A stretch of DNA of 63,896 bases, filler included, from Octopus bimaculoides (lineage: Eukaryota), in the NCBI RefSeq assembly GCF_001194135.2. It is 6 parts of 6 records of this genome, joined end to end, with 100 filler letters (N's around TTAATTAATTAA, not from the genome) between each part and the next. Parts side by side here need not be neighbours in the genome. Positions count along the whole stretch, not along the records: positions 52,058 to 54,514 come from NC_069007.1; positions 54,615 to 62,289 come from NC_068993.1; positions 62,390 to 63,896 come from NC_069004.1; 3 more parts are not named here. One strand, written 5' to 3'. Position 1 is the stretch's first letter. Each line of letters starts with the position of its first letter. The position numbers were made by a program, and so were the translations under genes. Positions 54,212-63,896 of the stretch are shown in pieces. The notes beneath the pieces were generated by a model that worked only from the letters and a program-made list of their open reading frames with translations, did not search any database and had not been told where the DNA came from.

Positions 54212-54760
54212 TGATACACTTGTAATGTACGAATCAGCCGGTCGATTTCTCTTTCTGAAAATCCCAATTCATCCAGATTAAATCTAGTGGTATGAATATG
54301 AATTCATTATGTATGTCTGTATTTAATGTACTCCTGTCTGACGAAGCATTCTTTGAAACCTGGTGGCCAAGTTGCAAGCAAACGCTGACCTAAAATAAGC
54401 CATGTTCTGTTTTTAACAACATTGACTTACTGTTTGTGGCGGATTCACTTGGCTCACGATCGCTTCATGACAAGTTGCCATCTACATCGACATATAATGT
54501 GTGTGTGTGTGTGTNNNNNNNNNNNNNNNNNNNNNNNNNNNNNNNNNNNNNNNNNNNNTTAATTAATTAANNNNNNNNNNNNNNNNNNNNNNNNNNNNNN
54601 NNNNNNNNNNNNNNTATATACAAGGAAAAAAAGAAAATCTAGATAAAGATGATGATTGATAAACATAATTTATCATTTATTCCAGAGTGATAGCATGTAA
54701 CATCAATTGGTATATCCTTAATTTCTTTCTCTTTCTTTTTTTTTTTTCCTTTTCTTCACT

Positions 54761-54897
54761 TTTCCGCTCTGATGAAGTTCCATTATTTAAGTTGGTATAA
54801 TTAATTATTTACAATAATAATAATTATTATTATTATTGTAGTAATTAAGCCTGATAATACTTTAAATAGCGGTAACAGAAACAGCTGTCAGATGAGA
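54761..54897 (+). ncRNA. Hammerhead-like motif with ~100-nt hairpin stem II
   Basis: TTTCcgCT-CTGATGA (54769-75), then a hairpin 54777-54876, then GAAAC (54878-82), palindrome ACAGCTGT (54881-88), C17 (54889) and AGatGAGA. Stem I pairs at 6 of 8 positions. Confidence 0.55.
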
Positions 54898-55141
54898 TAT
54901 TGTCTTTTTCATCGTCAATAAATGATAATTGATAAACATCAATTATCAATTTTATCTCCATTTTTTCCCTTAAATATAGATTAAACTTCGGTTTATTCTT
55001 TTCCTTACATATCATTTATGAGCATTAATAGTAATACTCATAATTACATATAGGTCAGACACCAGTTAATTCATTAGATACAAGTGTCCCTTAGACTGTT
55101 GTTATAACCCCTAACTCACCTATATATATATATATATATAT

Positions 55142-55967
55142 ATGTATTAACAGAGGGTATAGATAATACAGGCACTCCCCATATGTATTAAGGTTGTTGA
55201 AAGGCCAGGCAACCCTATCAAATCCCTTATCAGTAGAACATACCCTTTTAGTAGAACCCCCTGCACTGATAGGAACTGTACTGTATGTAGATTTAGCCCA
55301 CAAACAAACTGTAAAACCAGAAATGTGGTCTATAGTATAAGATTACAGAGGGACGATGCAGTAACAAGACAACGACGTATGTAGGGGAAACAGCACGGAG
55401 CATAGGAGAGCGGGTAAATGGACATTGGAGGGAACTTAAGGAAGAGAAAGGCTCATCAGTTCTGTACCAGCACGCTGAGCAGGAACACAGAGGCTCACTC
55501 AACAACATAGAAATTAAAATCTTGTCCACACATAGAACAGATGCAGCACTTAGACAAATTACAGAAGCTACACACATAATATAAGATAAACCTAGCCTGA
55601 ATAAGAAAACTGGAATGGAACACCAACACACACCCCCAGCAAACCACAACATATGACAATAAATTCCCCATAAACCGATAACAATATGAATAAAATATAA
55701 TACAATACATAGATAAACAAATGGAATTAAATACTACATCCGTTAACAAAATTAAATTAAATACAAAAAGCAAAACAAAAGGAAAACACAAAAACAAAAC
55801 ACAAAAAACAACAAAAACAAGTAGGTATAAACAAATAAATAAATAAAAACAAAAATAAACGAACATGTATTAACAGAGGATATAGATAATACAGACACTC
55901 CCCATACACACACATGCACTTACAAAACATAGACACACATAGAGGGATACGCATGCGTAGACACATA
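55142..55967 (+). mobile_element. Second Penelope-like element 3' fragment (Cys-rich linker + GIY-YIG), pseudogenised
   Basis: From 55187: IKVVERPGNPIKSLISRTYPFSRTPCTDRNCTVCRFSPQTNCKTRNVVYSIR, a -1 frameshift near 55343, then TEGRCSNKTTTYVGETARSIGERVNGH...LYQHAEQEH...RQITEATHII*DKPSLNKK (TAA 55582-84). A 42-bp direct repeat sits at 55142-55183 and 55865-55906 (40/42 identical). Confidence 0.85.
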
Positions 55968-56811
55968 NNNNNNNNNNNNNNNNNNNNNNNNNNNNNNNNN
56001 NNNNNNNNNNNNNNNNNNNNNNNNNNNNNNNNNNNNNNNNNNNNNNNNNNNNNNNNNNNNNNNNNNNNNNNNNNNNNNNNNNNNNNNNNNNNNNNNNNNN
56101 NNNNNNNNNNNNNNNNNNNNNNNNNNNNNNNNNNNNNNNNNNNNNNNNNNNNNNNNNNNNNNNNNNNNNNNNNNNNNNNNNNNNNNNNNNNNNNNNNNNN
56201 NNNNNNNNNNNNNNNNNNNNNNNNNNNNNNNNNNNNNNNNNNNNNNNNNNNNNNNNNNNNNNNNNNNNNNNNNNNNNNNNNNNNNNNNNNNNNNNNNNNN
56301 NNNNNNNNNNNNNNNNNNNNNNNNNNNNNNNNNNNNNNNNNNNNNNNNNNNNNNNNNNNNNNNNNNNNNNNNNNNNNNNNNNNNNNNNNNNNNNNNNNNN
56401 NNNNNNNNNNNNNNNNNNNNNNNNNNNNNNNNNNNNNNNNNNNNNNNNNNNNNNNNNNNNNNNNNNNNNNNNNNNNNNNNNNNNNNNNNNNNNNNNNNNN
56501 NNNNNNNNNNNNNNNNNNNNNNNNNNNNNNNNNNNNNNNNNNNNNNNNNNNNNNNNNNNNNNNNNNNNNNNNNNNNNNNNNNNNNNNNNNNNNNNNNNNN
56601 NNNNNNNNNNNNNNNNNNNNNNNNNNNNNNNNNNNNNNNNNNNNNNNNNNNNNNNNNNNNNNNNNNNNNNNNNNNNNNNNNNNNNNNNNNNNNNNNNNNN
56701 NNNNNNNNNNNNNNNNNNNNNNNNNNNNNNNNNNNNNNNNNNNNNNNNNNNNNNNNNNNNNNNNNNNNNNNNNNNNNNNNNNNNNNNNNNNNNNNNNNNN
56801 NNNNNNNNNNN

Positions 56812-56844
<33 letters not shown>

Positions 56845-57184
56845 GTTTTGCGATGGGTAAATTTTCACCCTTTTATATTTTCAATTTCACGCATGCTTGT
56901 TGAAGAAGTGGCTTCCTTCTTGCTTCTCTGCCACAGTAGCCAAGTTTGTGGAGTTACCTGACAGCTGTTCAAGGATTGACATCAACTTGTTCTGCTATGT
57001 TAGAGGCTTGCAATGAGGATTATCCTCCACACTTCACTTAACAAAGTAAAGGGTCCTATCAAAGGGCCCAGGTCGATCTTGGCAAGATGGTGTGGACTCC
57101 TTCCTCTCTCTGGTGAATTTCACAATCGCCCTATTAACTGCAGAAAGCGGGATACCAAGTCTATAATAAACATAAATGGGGTGT

Positions 57185-58565
57185 CTATTTGCTTCTGTCA
57201 TGTCTGTGTGTGTGTTTGTGTGTTTGTGTGTGTGTTGGGACACGCCGGCGGTGCACTATCGAGCGCCGGCCGTGCCTCGTTCTTTTTTTCTTTTTCTTTG
57301 GGGCCACTGGAGTAGAGAGCACTTCCGCCTTTGTCGGAAGGTCCTCCTCCTCCCCCCCCACGACTTTCAGTGGGCAACCATTGTCGCCCACCTTCTTCCT
57401 TTTTTTCCTTTTTTCGAGGAGGTTTCCACCTCCTCGACTTCCTCCGTCTCTCCCTCCACTGGAGCAGCGGGGGGGAACAACATTTATTAACTGTTCCAGG
57501 ACCTTACTCTGGTCCTGGGGACAATCTTTCTTGATGTGGCCGGGCTTCAGACACTGGTGACACTTGGGTTTACGTCCCTCAAAAATCACCGGATACCTAT
57601 GCCCAGCCATCCTCAAAAAATCCGGGAATACCAGATCCCTGGCAAAAACCGCTTTTGACCCAACCCAATCAGCTGTAGTTAAAATTTTCACATTTAGGAG
57701 CTTGGCTCCACTGCCACCCAGNNNNNNNNNNNNNNNNNNNNNNNNNNNNNNNNNNNNNNNNNNNNNNNNNNNNNNNNNNNNNNNNNNNNNNCTATCTCGA
57801 CCTTGAGAAAGACCGTAATGGTGTCGAGTGCCTTTGAGTAGGTTCTGAGCACCACCATTCTTTCCCTAAAGTCCTTTAACCACTTTTGGGGTGGGATAAT
57901 CTCCCACTCCATGACAGAGTCCTTCTTTTCAATTTTTGCCATGTCCGAAAAGTTCAATACAATATTTCAACACCATAGTCCAAAAAATGTAAGTTAGAAA
58001 AAAACAGAATGAAAGAGAAGAAAAAATAAATTCCAAAGAGAAAGAAAGAAGAAGCAAAATTAGAAGAAAAGAAGAAAAAAAGAAAGGAAAAGAGAAACAA
58101 ATAGCAATGATCAGACAGGGAATCCTAGGTTCTGCAAAAAGTTCTCTTCACCAGGTAATCCAGCAGTCAGAGTTCTCTTCTTGGCGTAAGGTAAATCCAC
58201 GAGGTAAATCCACGAGAAATATCACGCTCACAGAAATGTTCAAATTCTGGCGAAAAAAACGCCACACACAATTTAACATAAGTTCTAAAAAAATTTTCAG
58301 TCCGTCGTTGAGGCGGCACGCCCACCACGACGAACGAGAAACGCAATTTTTGCTCGCTAAGCGAGCAACAAGTTAAGTCGCCGAAAGCAGGCAAAGCTGA
58401 GCTGGGCGAATTTGCTGCAAAAAAAAAAAAAACAGCAACAAACCCGTCCCAGCTCAAAAAACAATTTCACCTACCTCGGTCGACTCTCACAGTTCAATTT
58501 TTGGACGGCGTCGAACGACGTACGTCCACACAGTTCTTCAGGTTGACAGGAAGTACCGCCAACGC
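57185..58565 (-). mobile_element. Tx1/L1-like LINE 5' portion: CpG-rich 5' UTR plus gag-like ORF1 with zinc knuckle
   Basis: ORF from ATG 57942 (MAKIEKKDSVMEWEII...), a gap at 57722-57791, then LGGSGAKLLNVKILTTADWVG...RYPVIFEGRKPKCHQCLKPGHIKKDC (CX2CX4HX4C) and a basic tail ending at 57185. No ORF2 follows. Confidence 0.75.
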
Positions 58566-58944
58566 GCAAGACTGGAAGTCAAGGGTAAGCAAGCTACTTA
58601 CCACACAGCCACTCCTGTGCCTTTGAAAATTTGCAGACGATGAATATTCAAGTATAAATATATAGATATTTATATATTAAATAAGGTAAATTTACACAGG
58701 ATACAATGACACAGAAAATTAAACTAATAATGAAAGAAAATAAACATTGAATAGATCCAGCCTCCGTTCTCAGGGTGAAGTGAAGATAATGCTCAAGTTG
58801 CCAATTTCTTAGACTTCGCTCTCGACCTAGATACAAACATATATCACCCTTTCCACTCGCTAGAAACTTAAAACACAAACGTAGTTCGACGTGAACATAC
58901 GACGAGACAGATGGTATTTTATGTGCTTGATATCACCCTTAAAA

Positions 58945-60035
58945 ATGGAGAATCAAAGCGAACATTATCGACATGTCATGCTTTTCTATTTTATTTGCAA
59001 GAACGCAACAAAAACCTCTTGGAAGATACGTGCTGTGTGTGGAGAGGATGTTGTTACAGAATGTGTGTGACAGAAATAGTTTTCCAGATTTCGATCGGGA
59101 AATTTATCCGTTCAATTTGCACCTCACTTATCCAACAGAGATTTTCAGCAACAAAGTGAAGAAATTAGTCGAGATCAGCCCCCGTTATACGACCTGGACA
59201 AACGCAGATGTTCTCCAAATATCGAAATCGAGCACTAAAAACTACCTGCATCAATTAGTTACGCCAGCAAGCTCATCGTTTTAGTCCCACATCAATTGAA
59301 TTAGGAGAACATGGCCCAGCGAATGTCCATCTGCGATTTATAGCAGATGCTTGATAAACGATCCCTTTTTGAAGAGAATTGTGACAGGGACGAAAAATGG
59401 ATCGCCTATAACAATGAGAAGCGCCAGTGATCATGGGAGAAGTGCGGCGACCACCACATACAACCTTCAAAACAGGATTTTTATCTAAAGAAGGTTATGC
59501 TTTGAATTTGGTAGGATTGGAAGGGTGTTGTCTTTTACGAGCTTCTTTTCATAAATAGGACCATCAATTCGGAATGTGTACTCCTACCAACTGGAAGTGT
59601 CTAGAACTTGCTAATCGTAAGGGTATTGTCTTTCATCCCGATAAAGCTAGACCGCACACTTCTTCGTAGATGCTGCAGACGTTACTGAGGCTTGGCTGAG
59701 AAGTTCTGTGTCACTCTCCATATTCGCCCGACCTTGCCCGACATCGATTTCTGTCTTCAAATTCACTGAATGGACAGACTTTCAGCTCCGAAGAGGATGT
59801 AAAAATTCACCTGGAAGATTTTTCGCTAGTAAAGAGAGGAAATTTTTTGAGGAAATAGTGAATCTGCTCACAAAATGGCAAAAGAAACTGAAACTAAAAG
59901 GCAATTATAACTGAATATTGATTGAATATGTTTAAAACTAAACGGCAATTATATAATTGATTGTATATTGATTGAACATATTTAAAAGTTGGCTTATGTT
60001 CCCTTAAACTGAACGGAATTTTTGACTAAGCCAAT
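58945..60035 (+). pseudogene. Second decayed mariner transposon
   Basis: ATG 58945 MENQSEHYRHVMLFYF, then fragments KRIVTG(D)EKWIAYNN, KKVML.IW.DWKGVVFYELL, DKARPHTS and HSPYSPDLA, with many stops and frameshifts. Right-TIR-like aaactgaacggaatttttgactaagccaata near 60006-60035. Confidence 0.88.
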
Positions 60036-60161
60036 AATTTTGTGAATATAACAGAAATATTATTTTGTGCAAATCATTTTAGCACAAAGCTTGATAAATT
60101 AAAATGAAATGGCGCTAGGAAATACGAGTATAGACTTTAAAATATTAAATATATAAACATA

Positions 60162-60210
<49 letters not shown>

Positions 60211-61306
60211 TGCCAGTGCTTGTAACATTTGGGTAACCAGACTGGCCATTTCAGGAAATCCGTAACTTGGACATTACGACTACGAAGATACAATGACTGG
60301 TAACTTTCATATCAACAGTGATGTGGACAGAATCTATTTTAATTGGAGAGGAAGTAGAGGTAATCGATCAGTCTAGACAGCCTTTGAATGCCGTATCATA
60401 ACACTTAACCAACATTTATTGAGACACAGATCACTTGATTTTCATAATATTATTACTGTTGAGTACAACTGCAATAATATCATGAAAATCAGCTGAAGAA
60501 CTTTTGAAGAAGTAAACTGGGAGTACAGCCGGTCCGTGTGAACCAAAGGTAGCTGCACCAATCTACATAACCAGGGAATTAGCGGGTTAATATTCATCTT
60601 ACCAGCATAACTACGCTTGCTTACGCATTCCTCAAGTTGAGAGGAATAGCAAGCCTCCTGGATCTGTTATAAATACATCACAGCTCTTCTAAAAGCTTAC
60701 AACTTTGCTACCCAGGAACAGGAGATAACTTCTGAATACCTGATCAACAATAAAGAAAACGAAACCAAGAAACTTACATATTTTGATAGCAATTTTCGAT
60801 TGTACCATATCAGTGTAGATATCAACTATACCATCAACGGTCCAAAAATGCCCGGAAGATAGTACCCTGCCACTCAACATAACTGACAATGCTACACACA
60901 GGAATAACTTTTGAATGCCATACCATAGGTACACTAAAACCAAAATGTGTCCATATCTTTAAAAATAAATAATACTGGTGGAACATTCGAATAAAAACAG
61001 CAACTTGATGTAAGCAAAACAGACCGGGTATAGTTATATGCGCCGGGGAGCAAAAAGAAAACAAGTACTGTTGCAGAGAGCAACTCGAAAGATATATATG
61101 TCTCGTCAAAAACAGGGGAAAAGGAGAACATTTATGGATAACTTATGAGAAATTTATAGATCTTCTATCAAGGCTTTAGATTTTTATTTGTCATATGTGG
61201 AATGGCTTACTTAACAACAGATCTGCATAGGATTAGAAATGCTTAGGTTCTCTAAAATAGAACAGAGCAAACTCATTCACTGTCTCCAAATGTAATAGAT
61301 TAGAGA

Positions 61307-61703
61307 TACTCTTTACTCTTCTACTCTTTTACTTGTTTCAGTCATTTGATTGCGGCCATGCTGGAGCACCGCCTTTAGTCGAGCAAATCGACCCCAGGAC
61401 TTATTCTTTGTAAGCCTAGTACTTATTCTATCGGTCTGTTTTGCCGAACCGCTAAGTTAAGGGGACGTAAACACACCAGCATCGGTTGTCAAGTGATGTT
61501 GTGGGGGGGACACAGACACACAGACATATACATATATACGACAGGCTTCTTTTAGTTTCGGTCTACCAAATCCACTCACAAGGCTTTAGTCACCCCGAGG
61601 CTATAGTAGAAGACACTTGCCCAAGGTGCCACGCAGTGGGACTGAACCCAGAACCATGTGGTTGGTAAGCAAGCTACTTACCACACAGTCACTCCTACGC
61701 CTA
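61307..61703 (-). mobile_element. Full-length ~400-bp tRNA-derived SINE (family AB). Other copies: 39671-40010 (-), 41113-41487 (+), 11918-12190 (-), 1-115 (+), 9427-9585 (-), 15633-15800 (-), 23425-23570 (+), 25010-25235 (+)
   Basis: Head gtggctgtgtggtaagtagc...ggttcagtccc (A/B-box-like), internal CA/TA microsatellite, tail ggtgctccagcatggccgcagtcaaatgactgaaacaagtaaaagag; many dispersed copies. Confidence 0.88.
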
Positions 61704-62023
61704 CATTGAAAATTTGTTAAAAACATTTAAGGAATTATCCATTTCAGGTTCGTTGGTTTAAAACATGCAAGGAATCGGATATACAAGTAGAATACACACA
61801 TACGAACATATATAGACAGTCATGGAGTACACATACTAATCTACTGAAATGAGATGCGCATACACGCAAATATGCACACACCAACCAATTCAAATAACCT
61901 CAAACCCAAAGAGCTAACTCAACTTGAACAAAAGCTCATTGTCACTGTGTTAATGACCAGCCTGGACACTGAAAGAAAGAAAGAAATCCTAAAGACAAAT
62001 ACATACATACATACATACATACA

Positions 62024-62051
<28 letters not shown>

Positions 62052-62054
<3 letters not shown>

Positions 62055-62289
62055 GGTGGTTGTCTACTCCTTAAACAGAGTTTGACCACCTCCTGCACCT
62101 ACACCTTAGCCCTTTCATGGCGTCTGATGTGGCTTTTTAAACCAGACAGTGTTTTGAAAAAACACCCACACAGATTGCACCTCTGATTTGCACTACCAAT
62201 ACCTGCAAGTAAGTTCTGCTCATTGTGGATCCTAACATGTCTTTTAAGACCCCCATTGGATTTGCAAACCCTCTGGCACACACCACATT
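62052..62289 (-). mobile_element. LINE (RTE-like) 3' end with two C2H2 fingers
   Basis: CGVCQRVCKSNGGLKRHVRIH...CNLCGCFFKTLSGLKSHIRRHERAKV*, a short 3' UTR, then a (TATG)n tail. No TGEKP linker. Confidence 0.6.
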
Positions 62290-62404
62290 NNNNNNNNNNN
62301 NNNNNNNNNNNNNNNNNNNNNNNNNNNNNNNNNTTAATTAATTAANNNNNNNNNNNNNNNNNNNNNNNNNNNNNNNNNNNNNNNNNNNNCATGTGTGCAT
62401 GTGT

Positions 62405-62830
62405 GTTTTCTCTCCTTTTTTTTTTCCTTTTAACTCTCTATCTATCTATTTCGCTCTCTCTCTCTCTCTCTCCTTTTTTTTCCTTTTAACTCTCTATCTA
62501 TCTATTTCACTCTCTCTCTCTCTCCTTTTTTTCCTTTTAACTCTCTATCTATCTATTTCACTCTCTCTCTCTCCTTTTTTTTTCCTTTTAACTCTCTATC
62601 TATCTATTTCACGCTCTCTCTCTCTCCTTTTTTTCCTTTTAACTCTCTATCTATCTATTTCACTCTCTCTCTCCTTTTTTTTCCTTTTAACTCTCTATCT
62701 ATCTATTTCACGCTCTCTCTCTCCTTTTTTTCCTTTTAACTCTCTATCTATCTATTTCACTCTCTCTCTCTCCTTTTTTTTCCTTTTAACTCTCCATCTA
62801 TCTATTTCACTCTCTCTCTCTCTCTCTCTC
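62405..62830. repeat. About 50-bp pyrimidine-rich minisatellite, 8 units
   Basis: Unit tctctcctttttttccttttaactctctatctatctatttcac(g)ctc; ttttaactctc recurs 8 times. Confidence 0.9.
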
Positions 62831-63272
62831 TCCTTTTTTCTCTCTCCTTCTCTGTCTCTTTATCCCTCACTTTTTCTTTCAATTCCCCCTTTGCTCTCTC
62901 ACTCTCTCTATTCATCTATCTAACTTTACTCCCTCTCTTTCTCTCTTTATCGCTTATCTCTCTCTTATCCCCTCTCTTCTTTCGTCCTCTATATCTTTAT
63001 CTATCTATCATTTATCTCATTCTCTCTCTGTGGCTCTATCTCTGTCTATCTCCCTTTCCTTTCCCCATCTCCCTATCTTTCTCTCTCCATTTCTGTATGT
63101 CTCTCTTTCTTTCTTTTCTATCTCCATGTCATCTATCTCACTTGCTGCCCCTATCACTCTCTCTCTCTCTTCCTATTTCCCTCTCTTTCTATCTTCCCTT
63201 CCACCTTCTCTCTCTCTTTCTCTCCCTCTCTCTTTTTTCTCCCTCTCTCTCTTTCTCTCCCTCTCTCTTTTT

Positions 63273-63355
<83 letters not shown>

Positions 63356-63494
63356 TAATACTACATGTAATTCCATGTGATTTATAGGAAATTGATTTTC
63401 GTATTTCTTACTTTTTTAAATGACAAAACCATTAAAGAAAGAACAAAATTCAAATAGATTTAATTAATCACTTTTTTAACATTTCCAAACGATG

Positions 63495-63630
63495 TAAAGA
63501 TGTAAAGACAACAACAACAAAATAAATGAGAAGAAGAAGGTGAGGAGGAGGAGGAGGATGTTGACGATGTTGACGATGATGACGGAGGTGTGATGATAAT
63601 GGTGGTGGTGGTGGTGGTGATGGTGACCGT

Positions 63631-63683
<53 letters not shown>

Positions 63684-63783
63684 GCAGCAGCTACATCATT
63701 TCCGTTTATCATCATCACCATGACAATGATGGTGATGGTGTCGGTGGTGATAGAATGGAAAGAAGACGATGCTAAAGAGGTTG

Positions 63784-63818
<35 letters not shown>

Positions 63819-63896
63819 AGTGTTCACGACGACGACGGCGACGACGATGACAATGATAATGATGATGATAAGGAGGAGGAGGAGGAGGAGGAGGAG
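63495..63896. repeat. Mosaic of trinucleotide microsatellites (CAA, GAA, GAG, GAT, GGT, CAT, CAG, GAC)
   Basis: Direct reading of the sequence. Confidence 0.9.

Noticed and set aside
60400-61200. Coding-looking degenerate sequence
   Set aside because: Multiple stops in every frame and no motif I can assign.
62099-62289. C2H2 fingers as part of the octopus zinc-finger gene expansion
   Set aside because: No TGEKP linker, and a short UTR plus simple-repeat tail follows; LINE C-terminus is more likely.
62405-62830. Regularly spaced repeats as a CRISPR-like array
   Set aside because: Head-to-tail units without unique spacers, in eukaryotic DNA with no cas genes.
63460-63896. Poly-H/A/D/S ORFs
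   Set aside because: Mosaic trinucleotide repeats that are open in several frames, with no splice or domain support.

Overview
AT-rich, microsatellite-dense animal DNA whose repeat families look like those of an octopus (inference from repeat content). The window is six sequence blocks joined by five identical 100-bp spacers (44 N + TTAATTAATTAA + 44 N), so adjacency across spacers is unproven. Block 2 (15623-44966) holds the last two coding exons of an INPP5F/SAC2 phosphoinositide phosphatase gene (+). It also holds a probable unidentified convergent gene (-) and is visibly CpG-depleted relative to the other blocks. The rest is transposon debris: tRNA-derived SINEs, MITEs, two decayed mariner transposases, and RTE, R4/Dong-like and Tx1/L1-like LINE pieces. 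The most interesting signal is absent from the ORF track: two different Penelope-like (GIY-YIG) retroelement ends and several type I hammerhead ribozyme motifs with palindromic stem III, some with a very long stem II. The best-formed motif lies antisense in the INPP5F intron and appears disabled by one CpG transition. No rRNA, true tRNA gene or CRISPR array is supported.
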